Shown here: one piece after another, positions 29,710 to 39,159 of the stretch
Position numbering within the stretch: position 1 is the stretch's first letter
Layout of the letters: each line of letters opens with the position of its first letter
Source of the DNA: a virus
Taxonomy: Duplodnaviria > Caudoviricetes
DNA: 45,571 nucleotides
Reading direction: 5' to 3' (one strand)
IMG/VR virus record: IMGVR_UViG_3300047545_000063
Coordinates: 1-45,571 of that record
Notes under the pieces: model-generated
The model's database searches: none
What the model was told of the DNA's origin: nothing
The model's input: the letters and a program-made list of their open reading frames with translations, nothing else
Made by a program: the position numbers and the translations under genes

Positions 29710-31215
29710 CTATACCAGAAGTGTTCCCACTACGGTTACAGTTGTTGATGCGTTTAGAGTTGTTACACGAACACGAACATCAGTACCAGAAACATCTGCG
29801 GTAACAGTTGCTAGCTCAGCATCAGTGTAAACAATTCCAAATTCGGTGATTGCTACATTGTCTGAAGAATCTAGGGTAACCATGATCTCAGATACCTGTG
29901 AGTTTGTTGCGGTTGCTGCCTTTACTACCAACTTTGCAGACTTGTAGTCTGCCTTTGCCCAGGTGATGCCAGAGACGGTAGAAGCGGTAGATACAGACTG
30001 GGTGTTTGCAACAGTCTTTGATACGTTGTTAACAATAACTGCATTTGGATAGATGTCAGCTGCTGATACCGCATCAATTGCACGTTCGTCAGTGAAGTAT
30101 AGGTTTGTACCCTCTTCAATGTCGGATGTTGTAAGTGCGTTGATTGCTGTATCGATAGCACCAGCTGGCTCGTAGTTTGAGGCTAGTGTATCTGCATAGT
30201 CCTTAGCATTTTGCTCTGCAGTGTTTGCGTATGTCTGGGCAGTTCCATCTGCAGTTACAATTGCGTCATTGTATGCATCTGATGCTACGGAGTCTGCGTA
30301 CTGCTTTGTTGCTGCTGCTAGAGCCTGTGTTGGGTCTGCTGCAAGAACAAGCTCTCCAGTCATGGTGTCGCCAGACTTAGCTACCTTTTCTCCGATAGAA
30401 GTAGCAATTGTTGATGCGAATGATGCGTCATCGTTAATTGCTGCTGCCAGCTCATTTAGGGTGTCTAGCAGTCCTGGAGCACCGTCAACTAGGTTTGCTA
30501 CTGCTGTATCTGTGTAAGAGTTAGCGTTAGACTCTGCGGTAGATGCTGCACCTGCTGGGTCGTAGTTTGTTGCTAGAGAATCTGCGTAAGCCTTTGCATT
30601 GTTTTCAGCTGTGGTAGCTGAGCCTGCTGCATCGTAGTTTACTGCAAGTCCATCAGCGTATGTCTTTGCGTTGTTCTCTGCGGTTAGAGCAACTCCATCT
30701 GCGTAGCCTTCTGCTGCTGCCTGAGCTGTTGATGCTGCTCCAGCTGCATCGTATGCAGATGCGGTAGCGTCTAGTGCTCTCTGGTTAGTGAAGTAAAGGT
30801 TTGTTGCACCCTCAGATAGGTCATCAGTTGTCTTGCCTGTCCACTGGTCAGCTACAGAGAAAGCGATTTCGCCATCTGTGTCATCGTAGGTAACTGTAAT
30901 TCCAGACTGAGTTCCATTGGTAATTGCAGTGCCAATAGCATCCTGAGCACGTTCGTTGGTAAAGTATAGATTACTTGTACCCTCTTCGATGTCGTCTGTT
31001 GTTAGGGCATCAATCGCTGTGGATACTGCGGTGTTGATGTCGCCACCGACTGCGTCGATTGCTCTCTGGTTTGTGAAGTACAGATTAGTACTGCCTTCTT
31101 GTAGGTCGTCTGTAGAACTTCCTGTGGTAATGATGTCTTCGCCATTAACGGTAGCATTTGCTCCCTCAACAACAAGACCTGCTTTAATTCTAAAGTCTTT
31201 GTTTACTGTTGCCAT
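29710..31215 (-). CDS. Tail fibre/virion structural protein with internal repeats
   Basis: Four T(D/S)D(L/I)xEG-x1-2-NLYFT-x2-RA repeats, YDxAGxAxxA repeats and LDTLNELAAAINDD. Confidence 0.8.
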   Translation of the reverse strand: MATVNKDFRIKAGLVVEGANATVNGEDIITTGSSTDDLQEGSTNLYFTNQRAIDAVGGDINTAVSTAIDALTTDDIEEGTSNLYFTNERAQDAIGTAITNGTQSGITVTYDDTDGEIAFSVADQWTGKTTDDLSEGATNLYFTNQRALDATASAYDAAGAASTAQAAAEGYADGVALTAENNAKTYADGLAVNYDAAGSATTAENNAKAYADSLATNYDPAGAASTAESNANSYTDTAVANLVDGAPGLLDTLNELAAAINDDASFASTIATSIGEKVAKSGDTMTGELVLAADPTQALAAATKQYADSVASDAYNDAIVTADGTAQTYANTAEQNAKDYADTLASNYEPAGAIDTAINALTTSDIEEGTNLYFTDERAIDAVSAADIYPNAVIVNNVSKTVANTQSVSTASTVSGITWAKADYKSAKLVVKAATATNSQVSEIMVTLDSSDNVAITEFGIVYTDAELATVTADVSGTDVRVRVTTLNASTTVTVVGTLLV

Positions 31216-31229
31216 TTTATCTCCTTAGT

Positions 31230-31667
31230 TTATGCCTTAAGTCCCATACGAGCGAATCGAACGGTAACTGGCTTTATTGCTCCAGGAGTTACAATAAGTG
31301 ATACTGTATCTCCTGATCTAGAGACGCTAATGGTTCCCATATTCCCATCGTTGTCCATTGTTCCGTACTCTGTGACGTTAATGTCTGTACCGTCAAAAAG
31401 TATAGAAATCTCTGTGGCGTAGAACTGGCTTGTGGATGCTTTGGAAATTGTAACCATGTACTTGACAAAACGCCAGGTAGTGCAGTCATAAGAGTCTACT
31501 GTAGTTTGATTTTCAATTCCACTAACAGAACTCTCATTATTTCCAGCAGAACCCAAGTCTGTAGCCTGCTGCACAAGGGTATCAATAAGGTCTAGATAGT
31601 CTGCCTGGGTAGGTCTATCTCCAGATTCAAACTTAGATTTTACTTGTGCAAGGGTTGTTCGTGCCAT
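31230..31667 (-). CDS. Virion structural protein
   Basis: FESGDRPTQADYLDLID N-terminus; C-domain (ATEISILFDG...VTEYG) resembles the C-terminus of 29710-31215 (VSEIMVTLD...ITEFG). Confidence 0.7.
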   Translation of the reverse strand: MARTTLAQVKSKFESGDRPTQADYLDLIDTLVQQATDLGSAGNNESSVSGIENQTTVDSYDCTTWRFVKYMVTISKASTSQFYATEISILFDGTDINVTEYGTMDNDGNMGTISVSRSGDTVSLIVTPGAIKPVTVRFARMGLKA

Positions 31668-31689
31668 AACAACTATTATATCAGTTATC

Positions 31690-31917
31690 TTAAAGAATAT
31701 AGTTATTAATACCGATGACGGCGATGCCGATAGGTGCTGGGTTGTTAGAACCGAATGCAGACATTCTTCCCTGAAAAAACTTAACCCTAAATGGGAGGTC
31801 TGCTGTAATTTTTGCTTTTGATGAAGTAGAAGATATCTTTACGGTTTTTGGATATGATACCTGAGATACCTTCTTTGTGATTGGGTAGTTTGTTGCCAAC
31901 ATAGTAGCCTTTGCCAC
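31690..31917 (-). CDS. Hypothetical small protein
   Basis: 75 aa, GTG start overlapping the upstream stop. Confidence 0.65.
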   Translation of the reverse strand: MAKATMLATNYPITKKVSQVSYPKTVKISSTSSKAKITADLPFRVKFFQGRMSAFGSNNPAPIGIAVIGINNYIL

Positions 31918-32273
31918 TAGTCAGTCACATCCTCGATGACATTCATCTTGCCTTGAGCAACTGTCCATACATATCCAACAGTAGATAGCTGGATGTCGAA
32001 TACGTCATCTGTTTCTAGTTCTTCTGACTCAGACGATGTTAGCGATACCGTGAATTCTCCAGGACCGTCAGAGTCTAGCTGCTCTGGTAGCAAAGAAACA
32101 ACGAGAGTGCTTCCACGTTTTACGTCAGCCTTGATGGTCCAGTCTTCGACATTTATTGGTTGCTTAGCATCGTCTGTTACGAATACTCTGAACGAAGCTG
32201 TGTCTCCACGAACGATAGTCCAAATTAGCTGTGGAGGAATACTTCCAATTGTCTGAGTAGTTGATCTTGCCAT
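31917..32273 (-). CDS. BppU-N-like baseplate/fibre adaptor
   Basis: WTIVRGDT...FDIQL...GKMNVIEDVT pattern. Confidence 0.6.
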   Translation of the reverse strand: MARSTTQTIGSIPPQLIWTIVRGDTASFRVFVTDDAKQPINVEDWTIKADVKRGSTLVVSLLPEQLDSDGPGEFTVSLTSSESEELETDDVFDIQLSTVGYVWTVAQGKMNVIEDVTD

Positions 32274-32291
32274 AACTATATTATATCACTA

Positions 32292-32801
32292 TTAAGCTAA
32301 TCCAGCTTTTAGTGCCCCCCAGGTTCCATTTCCCTTTGCGTCGATTATGATAGATCCGTGTTCAGCTGCATGAGCGACGACTCCGACTGCAGCACCAGAT
32401 GATGGCTGGGTAGTGGTTAGACCACCAGTAGACCCAACAAATAGGATGTCTCCAGCAGAGAATCCAGAAGTATTAATGTCTTCCACTACGCCAGCGACAA
32501 CAACAATTCCAGTTGCATCATCTGCAATAGCCTGCTTTGACAGACCCAAGATTGGGCTAGTTGTAGAAGACGTAGCCTTGGCTACAGTAGTGTGGTTTGA
32601 CGAGTACCCAGTAATATAGACTGGGTCTCCAGCAGCGATTGATGAACCGCTATTGTTTAGCGCAACAATCTGTGAGTAAGATGCTGAAGGCAAGACAGCC
32701 TCTAGTCTATCGACTAGCTGCTTAATGTCCGTGTGCACCTTTACTTCGTCTCCTGGTTGCGGAAACGGTAGTTCGTAAGATAGAGATTCTCCTGTAGCCA
32801 T
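32292..32801 (-). CDS. Virion structural protein, beta-tulip/decoration-like
   Basis: NNSGSSIAAGDPVYI...GLSKQAI...GDILFVGSTGGLT pattern seen in phage structural proteins. Confidence 0.55.
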   Translation of the reverse strand: MATGESLSYELPFPQPGDEVKVHTDIKQLVDRLEAVLPSASYSQIVALNNSGSSIAAGDPVYITGYSSNHTTVAKATSSTTSPILGLSKQAIADDATGIVVVAGVVEDINTSGFSAGDILFVGSTGGLTTTQPSSGAAVGVVAHAAEHGSIIIDAKGNGTWGALKAGLA

Positions 32802-32837
32802 ATATTAAATTATAGCATGACAAATCAGGGAAACGAT

Positions 32838-33023
32838 GGTATAATTTATAGAACACTCTCTCAAGGAGTGTTTTTCCGTTAAGGAGGAAATGATGGAACA
32901 GAGTGACAACAAAGTGACAATCGTGACAATCCAAGACAGCTTATTTTTGCTATCGCTGTAAAAATAATGTCGCCAGAAGCCAGTGACAGTGGCTAGTAAC
33001 TTCATGAAAAATAAGGAGGTAGC
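32838..33023 (+). promoter_or_regulatory. Promoter and structured leader of the NlpC/P60 gene
   Basis: TGG-TATAAT at 32838 region, three hairpins, GTGAC repeats at 32903/32914/32923, and SD AAGGAGG present twice. Confidence 0.6.
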
Positions 33024-33590
33024 ATGTATAAGAAATTTGCTGCAATCGGTCTTTCGACCATTTTTATTACTGGCTGTGTTACGCCAGCGGAATCCAATGT
33101 TCTGAAAGTAACAGCACAAGCGGTTAACTATGAAAACCCAACCCCCATCCTACAAAAGGTAGCGTCTGATAGAGCAATCAGTATCAAGAATATGAGAATT
33201 CAGAATAATAAGTCTGAAGTATCTGGTGCAATTAAAAAGCTAAAGTCTCATGTTGGTAAAACTTGGTACGTATTCTCTGGATCTACCCCATCTGGGTGGG
33301 ACTGCTCTGGACTTACAATGTGGTTCTATGAGCAAATGGGGATTAACCTGGAGCACCGTGCATCCAAGCAAGAACATGCTGGAGAATACACCAAAGACCC
33401 ACTTCCTGGTGACCTGGTTGTATTTAAATATTCTGGTAACGAATCTGCATACCATGTTGGAATATACATTGGAAATGGCAAAATGATCCATGCCCCTAAA
33501 AAGGGTCACGTCACTAGAACAGAGTCTATTAAGACTTTTGGTGGAAACTACTCAGATATTCTTTACGTAAGAATGCTGGAGCTGTCTTAG
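33024..33590 (+). CDS. NlpC/P60 peptidoglycan peptidase with lipoprotein-like signal
   Basis: GWDCSG, PGDLVVF, YHVGIYIGNGKMIHA (Cys-His-His triad); signal peptide ending ITG-C18. Confidence 0.92.
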   Translation: MYKKFAAIGLSTIFITGCVTPAESNVLKVTAQAVNYENPTPILQKVASDRAISIKNMRIQNNKSEVSGAIKKLKSHVGKTWYVFSGSTPSGWDCSGLTMWFYEQMGINLEHRASKQEHAGEYTKDPLPGDLVVFKYSGNESAYHVGIYIGNGKMIHAPKKGHVTRTESIKTFGGNYSDILYVRMLELS

Positions 33591-34132
33591 GATTTCTTAA
33601 TTAGAAATATCTGAGCTGTAACTCTAAGCTTATCTGAAGTAACTGGCGTGGTTCCATGCTCTAGACCAAAGGCATTTACAATTCCTAGGTTAAAGTGTGG
33701 GACCACGCAAACCCAATCAACATCGTCCTTATTCTTCCAGGTAAAGAAACCCCCATCATTGTACTCCCAAGTTTCGTTTAGGTAGACAGTTACTGCCTTA
33801 CTATACTTTGCGTCGCTGTGATATGGAATGTATGCTCCTGGCATCCAGACATAAAGCATTGCACTTCTTGACTCAGTCAGAAGCTGGTCGGTCTCGGTGT
33901 TCAGGATTCCCCTAGAAATTAGGGTCTGTTGAATTTCTTCTAGAAATTGTTCTGGAATAGACATACAGAATACTGTAGAGTCTTTACCTATGATGCTATC
34001 TGACCACGCTTGATTGGTCCAGGTACGAATTGGTTCGTGATACCTTCCACCAATAACGTCTGCTGCCAGAGTATTGAGCTGGTTTGCAAGACCTTCTCTA
34101 AAAACATTTTCATACTTAATCATTTTATCCAA
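33587..34132 (-). CDS. 2OG-Fe(II) oxygenase
   Basis: HSD...VYLNETWEYNDGG...HGT...LRVT. Confidence 0.88.
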   Translation of the reverse strand: MDKMIKYENVFREGLANQLNTLAADVIGGRYHEPIRTWTNQAWSDSIIGKDSTVFCMSIPEQFLEEIQQTLISRGILNTETDQLLTESRSAMLYVWMPGAYIPYHSDAKYSKAVTVYLNETWEYNDGGFFTWKNKDDVDWVCVVPHFNLGIVNAFGLEHGTTPVTSDKLRVTAQIFLIKKS

Positions 34133-34710
34133 CCTACTATCGCATATCTAGTTCCAGAAACCACTGGATGTACTGAATGGTTATAGGCATATCCAGATGG
34201 AAACATTATTAAGTCATTTGCCTTTGGTTTATATTTTATATTAAACCTGGGAAACTCTATTTCTCCACCATCGTAATTATCATTCATATAGTAAACCATA
34301 GATATTCTTCGGTGATACTTTGGATGATCATCTATGTGATTTACAAACTTTTGACCTGCACCATACTTTAAAATACTATACTCTTCGAAGTCTGAGTACA
34401 GTATGCCGTAATTAGCCATATAATCGTCTATGGAGCGTTTTAAGGTATTGCTTATGATATCTCGCATACTTCTGTAGAAAACGTCTCTAGGAGTCTCTGA
34501 GGTGCCATTGCTTAGATTTGAAGGAACAACTATTGTATCAGTGTCTCTAGCATCTTTATTTTTACCCTCTGACACTGTAGCCTCTGACCAAGAGATTGCT
34601 CCATACTTAACAGCATCTTCAATCATTTCTGGCAAGTCAGCGTAATCTGAACGTACCCCAGAGAATACCATAATCCCTGGAGCCAGCTCTGTTCTTTGAA
34701 ACCCTACCAT
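34120..34710 (-). CDS. 2OG-Fe(II) oxygenase, prolyl-4-hydroxylase-like
   Basis: HID...YYMNDNYDGGEIEFP...HSV...GTRY; likely start ATG 34710, overlapping the upstream gene. Confidence 0.92.
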   Translation of the reverse strand: MVGFQRTELAPGIMVFSGVRSDYADLPEMIEDAVKYGAISWSEATVSEGKNKDARDTDTIVVPSNLSNGTSETPRDVFYRSMRDIISNTLKRSIDDYMANYGILYSDFEEYSILKYGAGQKFVNHIDDHPKYHRRISMVYYMNDNYDGGEIEFPRFNIKYKPKANDLIMFPSGYAYNHSVHPVVSGTRYAIVGWIK

Positions 34711-34946
34711 TTGCCTAGAGGACACTCTGCTTTCTCAAGCTGGGTCTTTAGCCCCATGAAGCATCCACATTTTTTACATTGAGATGTGAGTTTTACTAGC
34801 TCTGGGCATGACTTACAAATATCCATTCTTTTAGAAGATATCTCTAATGACACCTTCTTTTCCGCTGGATTTATCATATCCCATGGTCTAGTGTCGCCAA
34901 GGTTCTTCTTCCACTCTTGCCATGGATTTAGCTTTTCTTCAGACAT
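34704..34946 (-). CDS. Small Cys-rich protein (DUF6171-like)
   Basis: R-x3-CxxC-x9-CxxCGC-x12-CPLGKW. Confidence 0.8.
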   Translation of the reverse strand: MSEEKLNPWQEWKKNLGDTRPWDMINPAEKKVSLEISSKRMDICKSCPELVKLTSQCKKCGCFMGLKTQLEKAECPLGKW

Positions 34947-34949
34947 TGA

Positions 34950-35156
34950 CTACTCCGAAGGTGCTATAAAACTGGTTCCATCAAAGGTCCAGCCAAATCT
35001 AACTCCGTCAACGCCAGTTGCGTCTACAATAGATGGACCAGAGCTTAATCCTGCAACAAGCCTTTCGTAGTTTGGAGCGTTCTGTGGGATATATAGCGTT
35101 CCAAAGACATCTCCGTCTACTATAAAGGCATAAGTTTTATCTAAGTTATCTGACAT
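34950..35156 (-). CDS. Small fibre-associated/chaperone-like protein
   Basis: YAFIVDGDV...GWTFDGTSFIAP pattern, often seen just downstream of fibre genes. Confidence 0.6.
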   Translation of the reverse strand: MSDNLDKTYAFIVDGDVFGTLYIPQNAPNYERLVAGLSSGPSIVDATGVDGVRFGWTFDGTSFIAPSE

Positions 35157-35176
35157 AAACTAATTATACCATATCG

Positions 35177-35773
35177 CTAGCATAGCCATCCTGATCCAGT
35201 ACAGAAGCACTCGCCTGGGTATGGCTCAGGCTGCCCCAAGCATGTTGCTGGAGCTGGCGTAAACGTTGGTGGCGTAAACGTTGGTGGTGCAGGAGCAAAA
35301 GTAGGTGGTGTAAAAGTTGGTGGGGCTGGAGGACATGTGTAGATTCCGCTAGATGGTGCAGGGTATCCGCTTGTAGAACATGCTACACCAGCAACGCCAT
35401 TTGTACAGTATGACTCATTGCTTGTTGCAGTATATGTAAACGTTTCTCCAGTGTTTTCCATGTATCGGCAATACCAAGTTGTAGTAGGAGTTGGAGTAAA
35501 GTCTGGACCAAAGGTAGGCGGAACTGGTACATAGGCGTAAGTGACAATATCAACTGTAGTTTCTTGGTCTACGACGGTTCCAGCAGATATGCTCTGAGTT
35601 GCAACGGTATTGTTATTCTCTGAGGTAGCTCCAGAAGATGTTGTAGTTACAGAACCAACAGTTAGACCAACGGCAGTAATGGCAGATTGAGCTTGGCTAC
35701 TGCCAAGACCAGTCAATAGTGGAACTACTGAACTGCCCTTAGAAGCTGCATAAAAACCAAGTACGCCTAGCAT
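35177..35773 (-). CDS. PASTA-like domain plus PPTF-repeat, Cys-rich protein; putative fibre-tip protein
   Basis: VPLLTGL...AITAVGLTVG...VATQSISAGTVV (PASTA-like), five PPTF units, 8 Cys and a C-terminal Cys. Confidence 0.8.
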   Translation of the reverse strand: MLGVLGFYAASKGSSVVPLLTGLGSSQAQSAITAVGLTVGSVTTTSSGATSENNNTVATQSISAGTVVDQETTVDIVTYAYVPVPPTFGPDFTPTPTTTWYCRYMENTGETFTYTATSNESYCTNGVAGVACSTSGYPAPSSGIYTCPPAPPTFTPPTFAPAPPTFTPPTFTPAPATCLGQPEPYPGECFCTGSGWLC

Positions 35774-35778
35774 GCTTC

Positions 35779-36435
35779 CTACGCCTTCAGATCACCGAGA
35801 AGCAACCACTCGTTATTAGCAATCTTTGTTAGCATAGCTCCGCTGTATGTAGCACCGATCTTGACATAGTTGTTCTTAGATCTTAGGGTTACGCCAACAG
35901 CAGCTGTGAACTCAACCTCGCCAGTATTTGCTCTTACAACTTCAATTCTAGAACCTATAGGAAGCTCATTCTCATTATTGGTATCGGCAGCAATGGTTAC
36001 TGTGATATTTGAAGTAGTATTAATAAGAACTGTCTTTCCAATATCTAACTTTGACAACGTAAAGCTTGAAGTTGAGTTAGCGAATACGGCAGCATTCATA
36101 GCTCTCCATCCACCATTTACATAAACCTGTAGCTGATTGATTGGTTCGTTAATACTTGACTGTCTTACGTAGCATAAAGTACCTTCTGCTGGGCTAGGAA
36201 TAGCGGCATCTCTAGCAGTAGTTGTTTGAAAATTATTAAATCCGTCAGTTATGATAACTGTGTCATTAAAGGTTGCTGATGTAACAAAGTTTGTCCCACC
36301 GTTACCAGAAAATTCATGATTGCCAGTCCACTCATAGTCAGCTGCGGTGCTAGCGTTACCTGCTATTGGATACCAGGTGTCTGAGTTCTCGTCATAGACG
36401 TAACCAATCTTACCAGTTGTAGAAATTGTAGTCAT
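35779..36435 (-). CDS. Short tail fibre/adaptor protein
   Basis: Likely start ATG 36435. ARDAAIPSPAEG motif; C-terminal ...WLLLGDLKA domain similar to that of 27219-29246. Confidence 0.75.
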   Translation of the reverse strand: MTTISTTGKIGYVYDENSDTWYPIAGNASTAADYEWTGNHEFSGNGGTNFVTSATFNDTVIITDGFNNFQTTTARDAAIPSPAEGTLCYVRQSSINEPINQLQVYVNGGWRAMNAAVFANSTSSFTLSKLDIGKTVLINTTSNITVTIAADTNNENELPIGSRIEVVRANTGEVEFTAAVGVTLRSKNNYVKIGATYSGAMLTKIANNEWLLLGDLKA

Positions 36436-36869
36436 TATGCACCAATCTCCTTCCACTCTTCATCTGTTGCGTCATAAACATACATAGTTAGTGGGGATGA
36501 GTTCTTATCTACCCAAAGAAGTCCGTCAACTAGTCCAGTTGTTGGTGCGTCATTTTGATATGCAGCGACAGTTCCAATAATTGCACTGACAGAGCTGTTT
36601 GAGTCTACCCAGATTGCTCCATCTACTGGGTTTGATGGTGCTTCATCTTGGTATTCGCTTAGAGATTCTACGCCATCTAGTCTAATGTCCAGTGCCTTTA
36701 GGTGACCTGCAACTGAGTTTGCAATAATACCGCCAGAGCCACCGATCTGATCTTCGGTTGGTACGGTTGTGCTTCCATAGTGGTAAAGCTTCAGGGCAGC
36801 CTGAATGTCAGCTGCTTCCGTGTAGTCAGGAATCTGCGTTGTGTAGATGTTTCCAATAGAACTAGACAA
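36435..36869 (-). CDS. Minor tail protein
   Basis: TTG start; two YQxxAP...DGxxWVD repeats. Confidence 0.7.
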   Translation of the reverse strand: MSSSIGNIYTTQIPDYTEAADIQAALKLYHYGSTTVPTEDQIGGSGGIIANSVAGHLKALDIRLDGVESLSEYQDEAPSNPVDGAIWVDSNSSVSAIIGTVAAYQNDAPTTGLVDGLLWVDKNSSPLTMYVYDATDEEWKEIGA

Positions 36870-36887
36870 TTAATATCACCAATGAAA

Positions 36888-37469
36888 TTATACCACAGTA
36901 ATCGACAGATGACAGATAGTTTCTCCAGTCATTGCAGACCATGTCGAGCCATCTAGAGATGCTGCATATATGGTTAGTGGTAGGGAAAGTGTGTTGTTAG
37001 TTTTTGAGACTGATCCAATTGAAACTGATGCAGCTACTGGCTCTCCCACGTTGATCAACTCAAGCTGAATATTGAAGTCTTCTGCAGTCGGGGTAGACGG
37101 AAGGCTTGGCAAATAAATGCTTGCATCTGCTACAGACACAGTCGTAGTTGCAACACCATCGGTAAAGGTAATTTCCTTATTCTGAGCAAAAACATTTGGG
37201 ATTAGCTTTAGCAGTGGTTCCCAGGTATTTGAGGATGGACCTGCAATTAGCTGATACATATATAGATACTCTGCATCGGCTGTGTTGATGTTAATAAAGA
37301 CATCTCCGACTGCTGGATCTTCCAAGAACTCATAATCGTTTGGATTCTGATCTCCAGTTAGGATTACGCTTCCACGGTCACCCTTTGGACCAAAGTCTAC
37401 ATCTAGATTAATTGAGGCAGGTCCGCCAATAACAGTTACGTCATCATTGGATAGAATAACTTCTGTCAT
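36888..37469 (-). CDS. Minor tail protein
   Basis: 193 aa with a GPKGDRGS collagen-like remnant; lies in the structural block. Confidence 0.65.
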   Translation of the reverse strand: MTEVILSNDDVTVIGGPASINLDVDFGPKGDRGSVILTGDQNPNDYEFLEDPAVGDVFININTADAEYLYMYQLIAGPSSNTWEPLLKLIPNVFAQNKEITFTDGVATTTVSVADASIYLPSLPSTPTAEDFNIQLELINVGEPVAASVSIGSVSKTNNTLSLPLTIYAASLDGSTWSAMTGETICHLSITVV

Positions 37470-37813
37470 TATACCGCTCCAACAACGTCAGCGGTTACCT
37501 CGATATTTCCAGTAAGAAGTGTGTAGATTGTGTTGTCGCTAGATCTGGTTACCTGAACGTCATACACGTATGTGGTTCCTGCGGTAAGGTCTCGACCAAT
37601 AGCTGCAGGAATCTTACAAAGAACAGCACCATTTGAAATAGATGCGGTGCATTCGTACTGTGTAGCACCTGCACCTCTTGCTGTAGCAATCTTAAAGGCT
37701 ACGGAAAAGTTGGTTAGAGAGAATGCAGATCCATCTGAATTCTTCGGGTAGATGTTGAACTCGTAGGTGTCACCCTCGTAGTAGCTAATGTTGTAAGTTG
37801 CTGGAAATGCCAT
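37469..37813 (-). CDS. BppU-N-like baseplate/fibre adaptor
   Basis: Likely start ATG 37813; YYEGDT...YVYDVQV...TGNIEVTADV. Confidence 0.6.
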   Translation of the reverse strand: MAFPATYNISYYEGDTYEFNIYPKNSDGSAFSLTNFSVAFKIATARGAGATQYECTASISNGAVLCKIPAAIGRDLTAGTTYVYDVQVTRSSDNTIYTLLTGNIEVTADVVGAV

Positions 37814-37841
37814 AGGATTATTATACACTAAAAAGATTAAA

Positions 37842-38291
37842 TTAATTAGTAATTACAAAGCTGCCAGAGATGTGAAAGTTATCTGCTGTGCTCAAGTTGA
37901 CAGGGACGCTGCTTGTAAAAGGGTTTTGCTTTCCATTTGAAGTAGTTGTTAGCAATGTCAGCAGGTCTGATCCTGCCTGGACGTGACCAAAAATAGCATA
38001 CTCGTCACCAGTTGAAGCATCGTGCAGACAGCCGTTAGCAAAAAGGTAGTTGTGCTTTGATAGGAATGGAAGCTTAACGTAGTATTGACCAGACCCAAAG
38101 CTAGTAATATTGTCCATATCAACGTCTATGGTGAAATGGCATACGTTTGAAATGAGATCCCATTCTCCAGAAAACATTGGTGTTCCATTAAAGGTTGGCT
38201 GACTGCCGTTAGTTGTGCCACCCTCGATAATCCAGGTTCCTGCTGCAGAGCTTCCAGATAGCGAGATCGCTGGATGAGTAAACCTAGACAT
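37842..38291 (-). CDS. Virion structural protein, fibre head-like beta domain
   Basis: 149 aa with GSGQYYVKLPF and a C-terminal FHISGSF; context. Confidence 0.55.
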   Translation of the reverse strand: MSRFTHPAISLSGSSAAGTWIIEGGTTNGSQPTFNGTPMFSGEWDLISNVCHFTIDVDMDNITSFGSGQYYVKLPFLSKHNYLFANGCLHDASTGDEYAIFGHVQAGSDLLTLLTTTSNGKQNPFTSSVPVNLSTADNFHISGSFVITN

Positions 38292-38575
38292 TAGCTTCCA
38301 GCCTCTAGGCTAGTATTTAGAACTGCTGCTGGGGCTTGATCTGCACTTGCTATTGCATACAGTGCATTTTTGCCAGGTAGCTCCCAAGAAATTGCATGTC
38401 CAGGAGCAATCCTATAGCCGTAATTTTCTGATGTAACCCCAGATGCACCAATGTAAATATATTGATCATCACTTACGTTTTGAATGGTAATGTCTATTCC
38501 AGAGTGAATACCATTTGGGGTAATCCTAGTAGCTTCAGAGTCGCTTAGTAGGTATAGGTTGTGAGAGGTTGCCAT
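38291..38575 (-). CDS. Hypothetical structural protein
   Basis: 94 aa; IQN...IYIG..GVT..NYGYRIAPG motif. Confidence 0.65.
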   Translation of the reverse strand: MATSHNLYLLSDSEATRITPNGIHSGIDITIQNVSDDQYIYIGASGVTSENYGYRIAPGHAISWELPGKNALYAIASADQAPAAVLNTSLEAGS

Positions 38576-38592
38576 GTATTAATTATACCAAG

Positions 38593-38682
38593 CTATTTAT
38601 TAATAATAAATGTCTTGCCAGCTACCTTAATGACAGGTGGCTTGTTTTCTTTGTTTGTAGAAATCTTAATTGAGGATGCCAT
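38593..38682 (-). CDS. 29-aa micro-ORF, not in the ORF track
   Basis: TAATG coupling to the upstream gene; MASSIKISTNKENKPPVIKVAGKTFIINK fills the gap. Confidence 0.55.
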   Translation of the reverse strand: MASSIKISTNKENKPPVIKVAGKTFIINK

Positions 38683-39062
38683 TACAGACCTCCAGTCACA
38701 TCACCAATGACAGCTATGGTTCCAATAATTGGTGTCCAGATTTCATCATCAATAGTTATTTCTAGGTCAAAAGCTAGTTCTGCAACAATAGATCCTGCTC
38801 CAGTACCCCAGTTACTAGTAATATCAGATGATGCTACGATATCTACATATCCATCATAAGATATAACTTCTAGTTCATCAAGAACATCTCCTCTACTGTC
38901 ATAAGCAGAAGATGCAAATACCCAATCAGTGGTATCAAAGTAAGTTACTTCATCATTTTCAAAGAACTCAACACGTAGTTTTGAGGTATCTCCTCTAACG
39001 ATATTCCACTTCAGAGAGATAGGCTTATTTCCAAATTCTTGGATAAGATTGCATTGAGTCAT
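38682..39062 (-). CDS. BppU-N-like adaptor, paralog of 31917-32273
   Basis: WNIVRGDT...FDLEI...GTIAVIGDVT. Confidence 0.6.
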   Translation of the reverse strand: MTQCNLIQEFGNKPISLKWNIVRGDTSKLRVEFFENDEVTYFDTTDWVFASSAYDSRGDVLDELEVISYDGYVDIVASSDITSNWGTGAGSIVAELAFDLEITIDDEIWTPIIGTIAVIGDVTGGL

Positions 39063-39082
39063 AGTACTTAAATTATATCACC

Positions 39083-39141
39083 AAAAATAAAAAACTAGTG
39101 CTCAGGGCGGTGGGTATGAGAGACAACCCTGAACACTAGTA
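39083..39141 (-). ncRNA. Candidate ~55-nt single-hairpin small RNA, or at minimum an intrinsic terminator
   Basis: TGA-TATACT (hexamer 39153-39148) lies 7 nt before a 14-bp stem (39140-39094) with a 19-nt loop and a U-tract. Confidence 0.5.
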
Positions 39142-39159
39142 ATTATTAGTATATCATAA

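Noticed and set aside
32846-33023. c-di-AMP (ydaO) riboswitch upstream of NlpC/P60
   Set aside because: The context fits, but the conserved GCTGAA...GGGGTGAA...CCCGTCAGCTAAC elements are absent.
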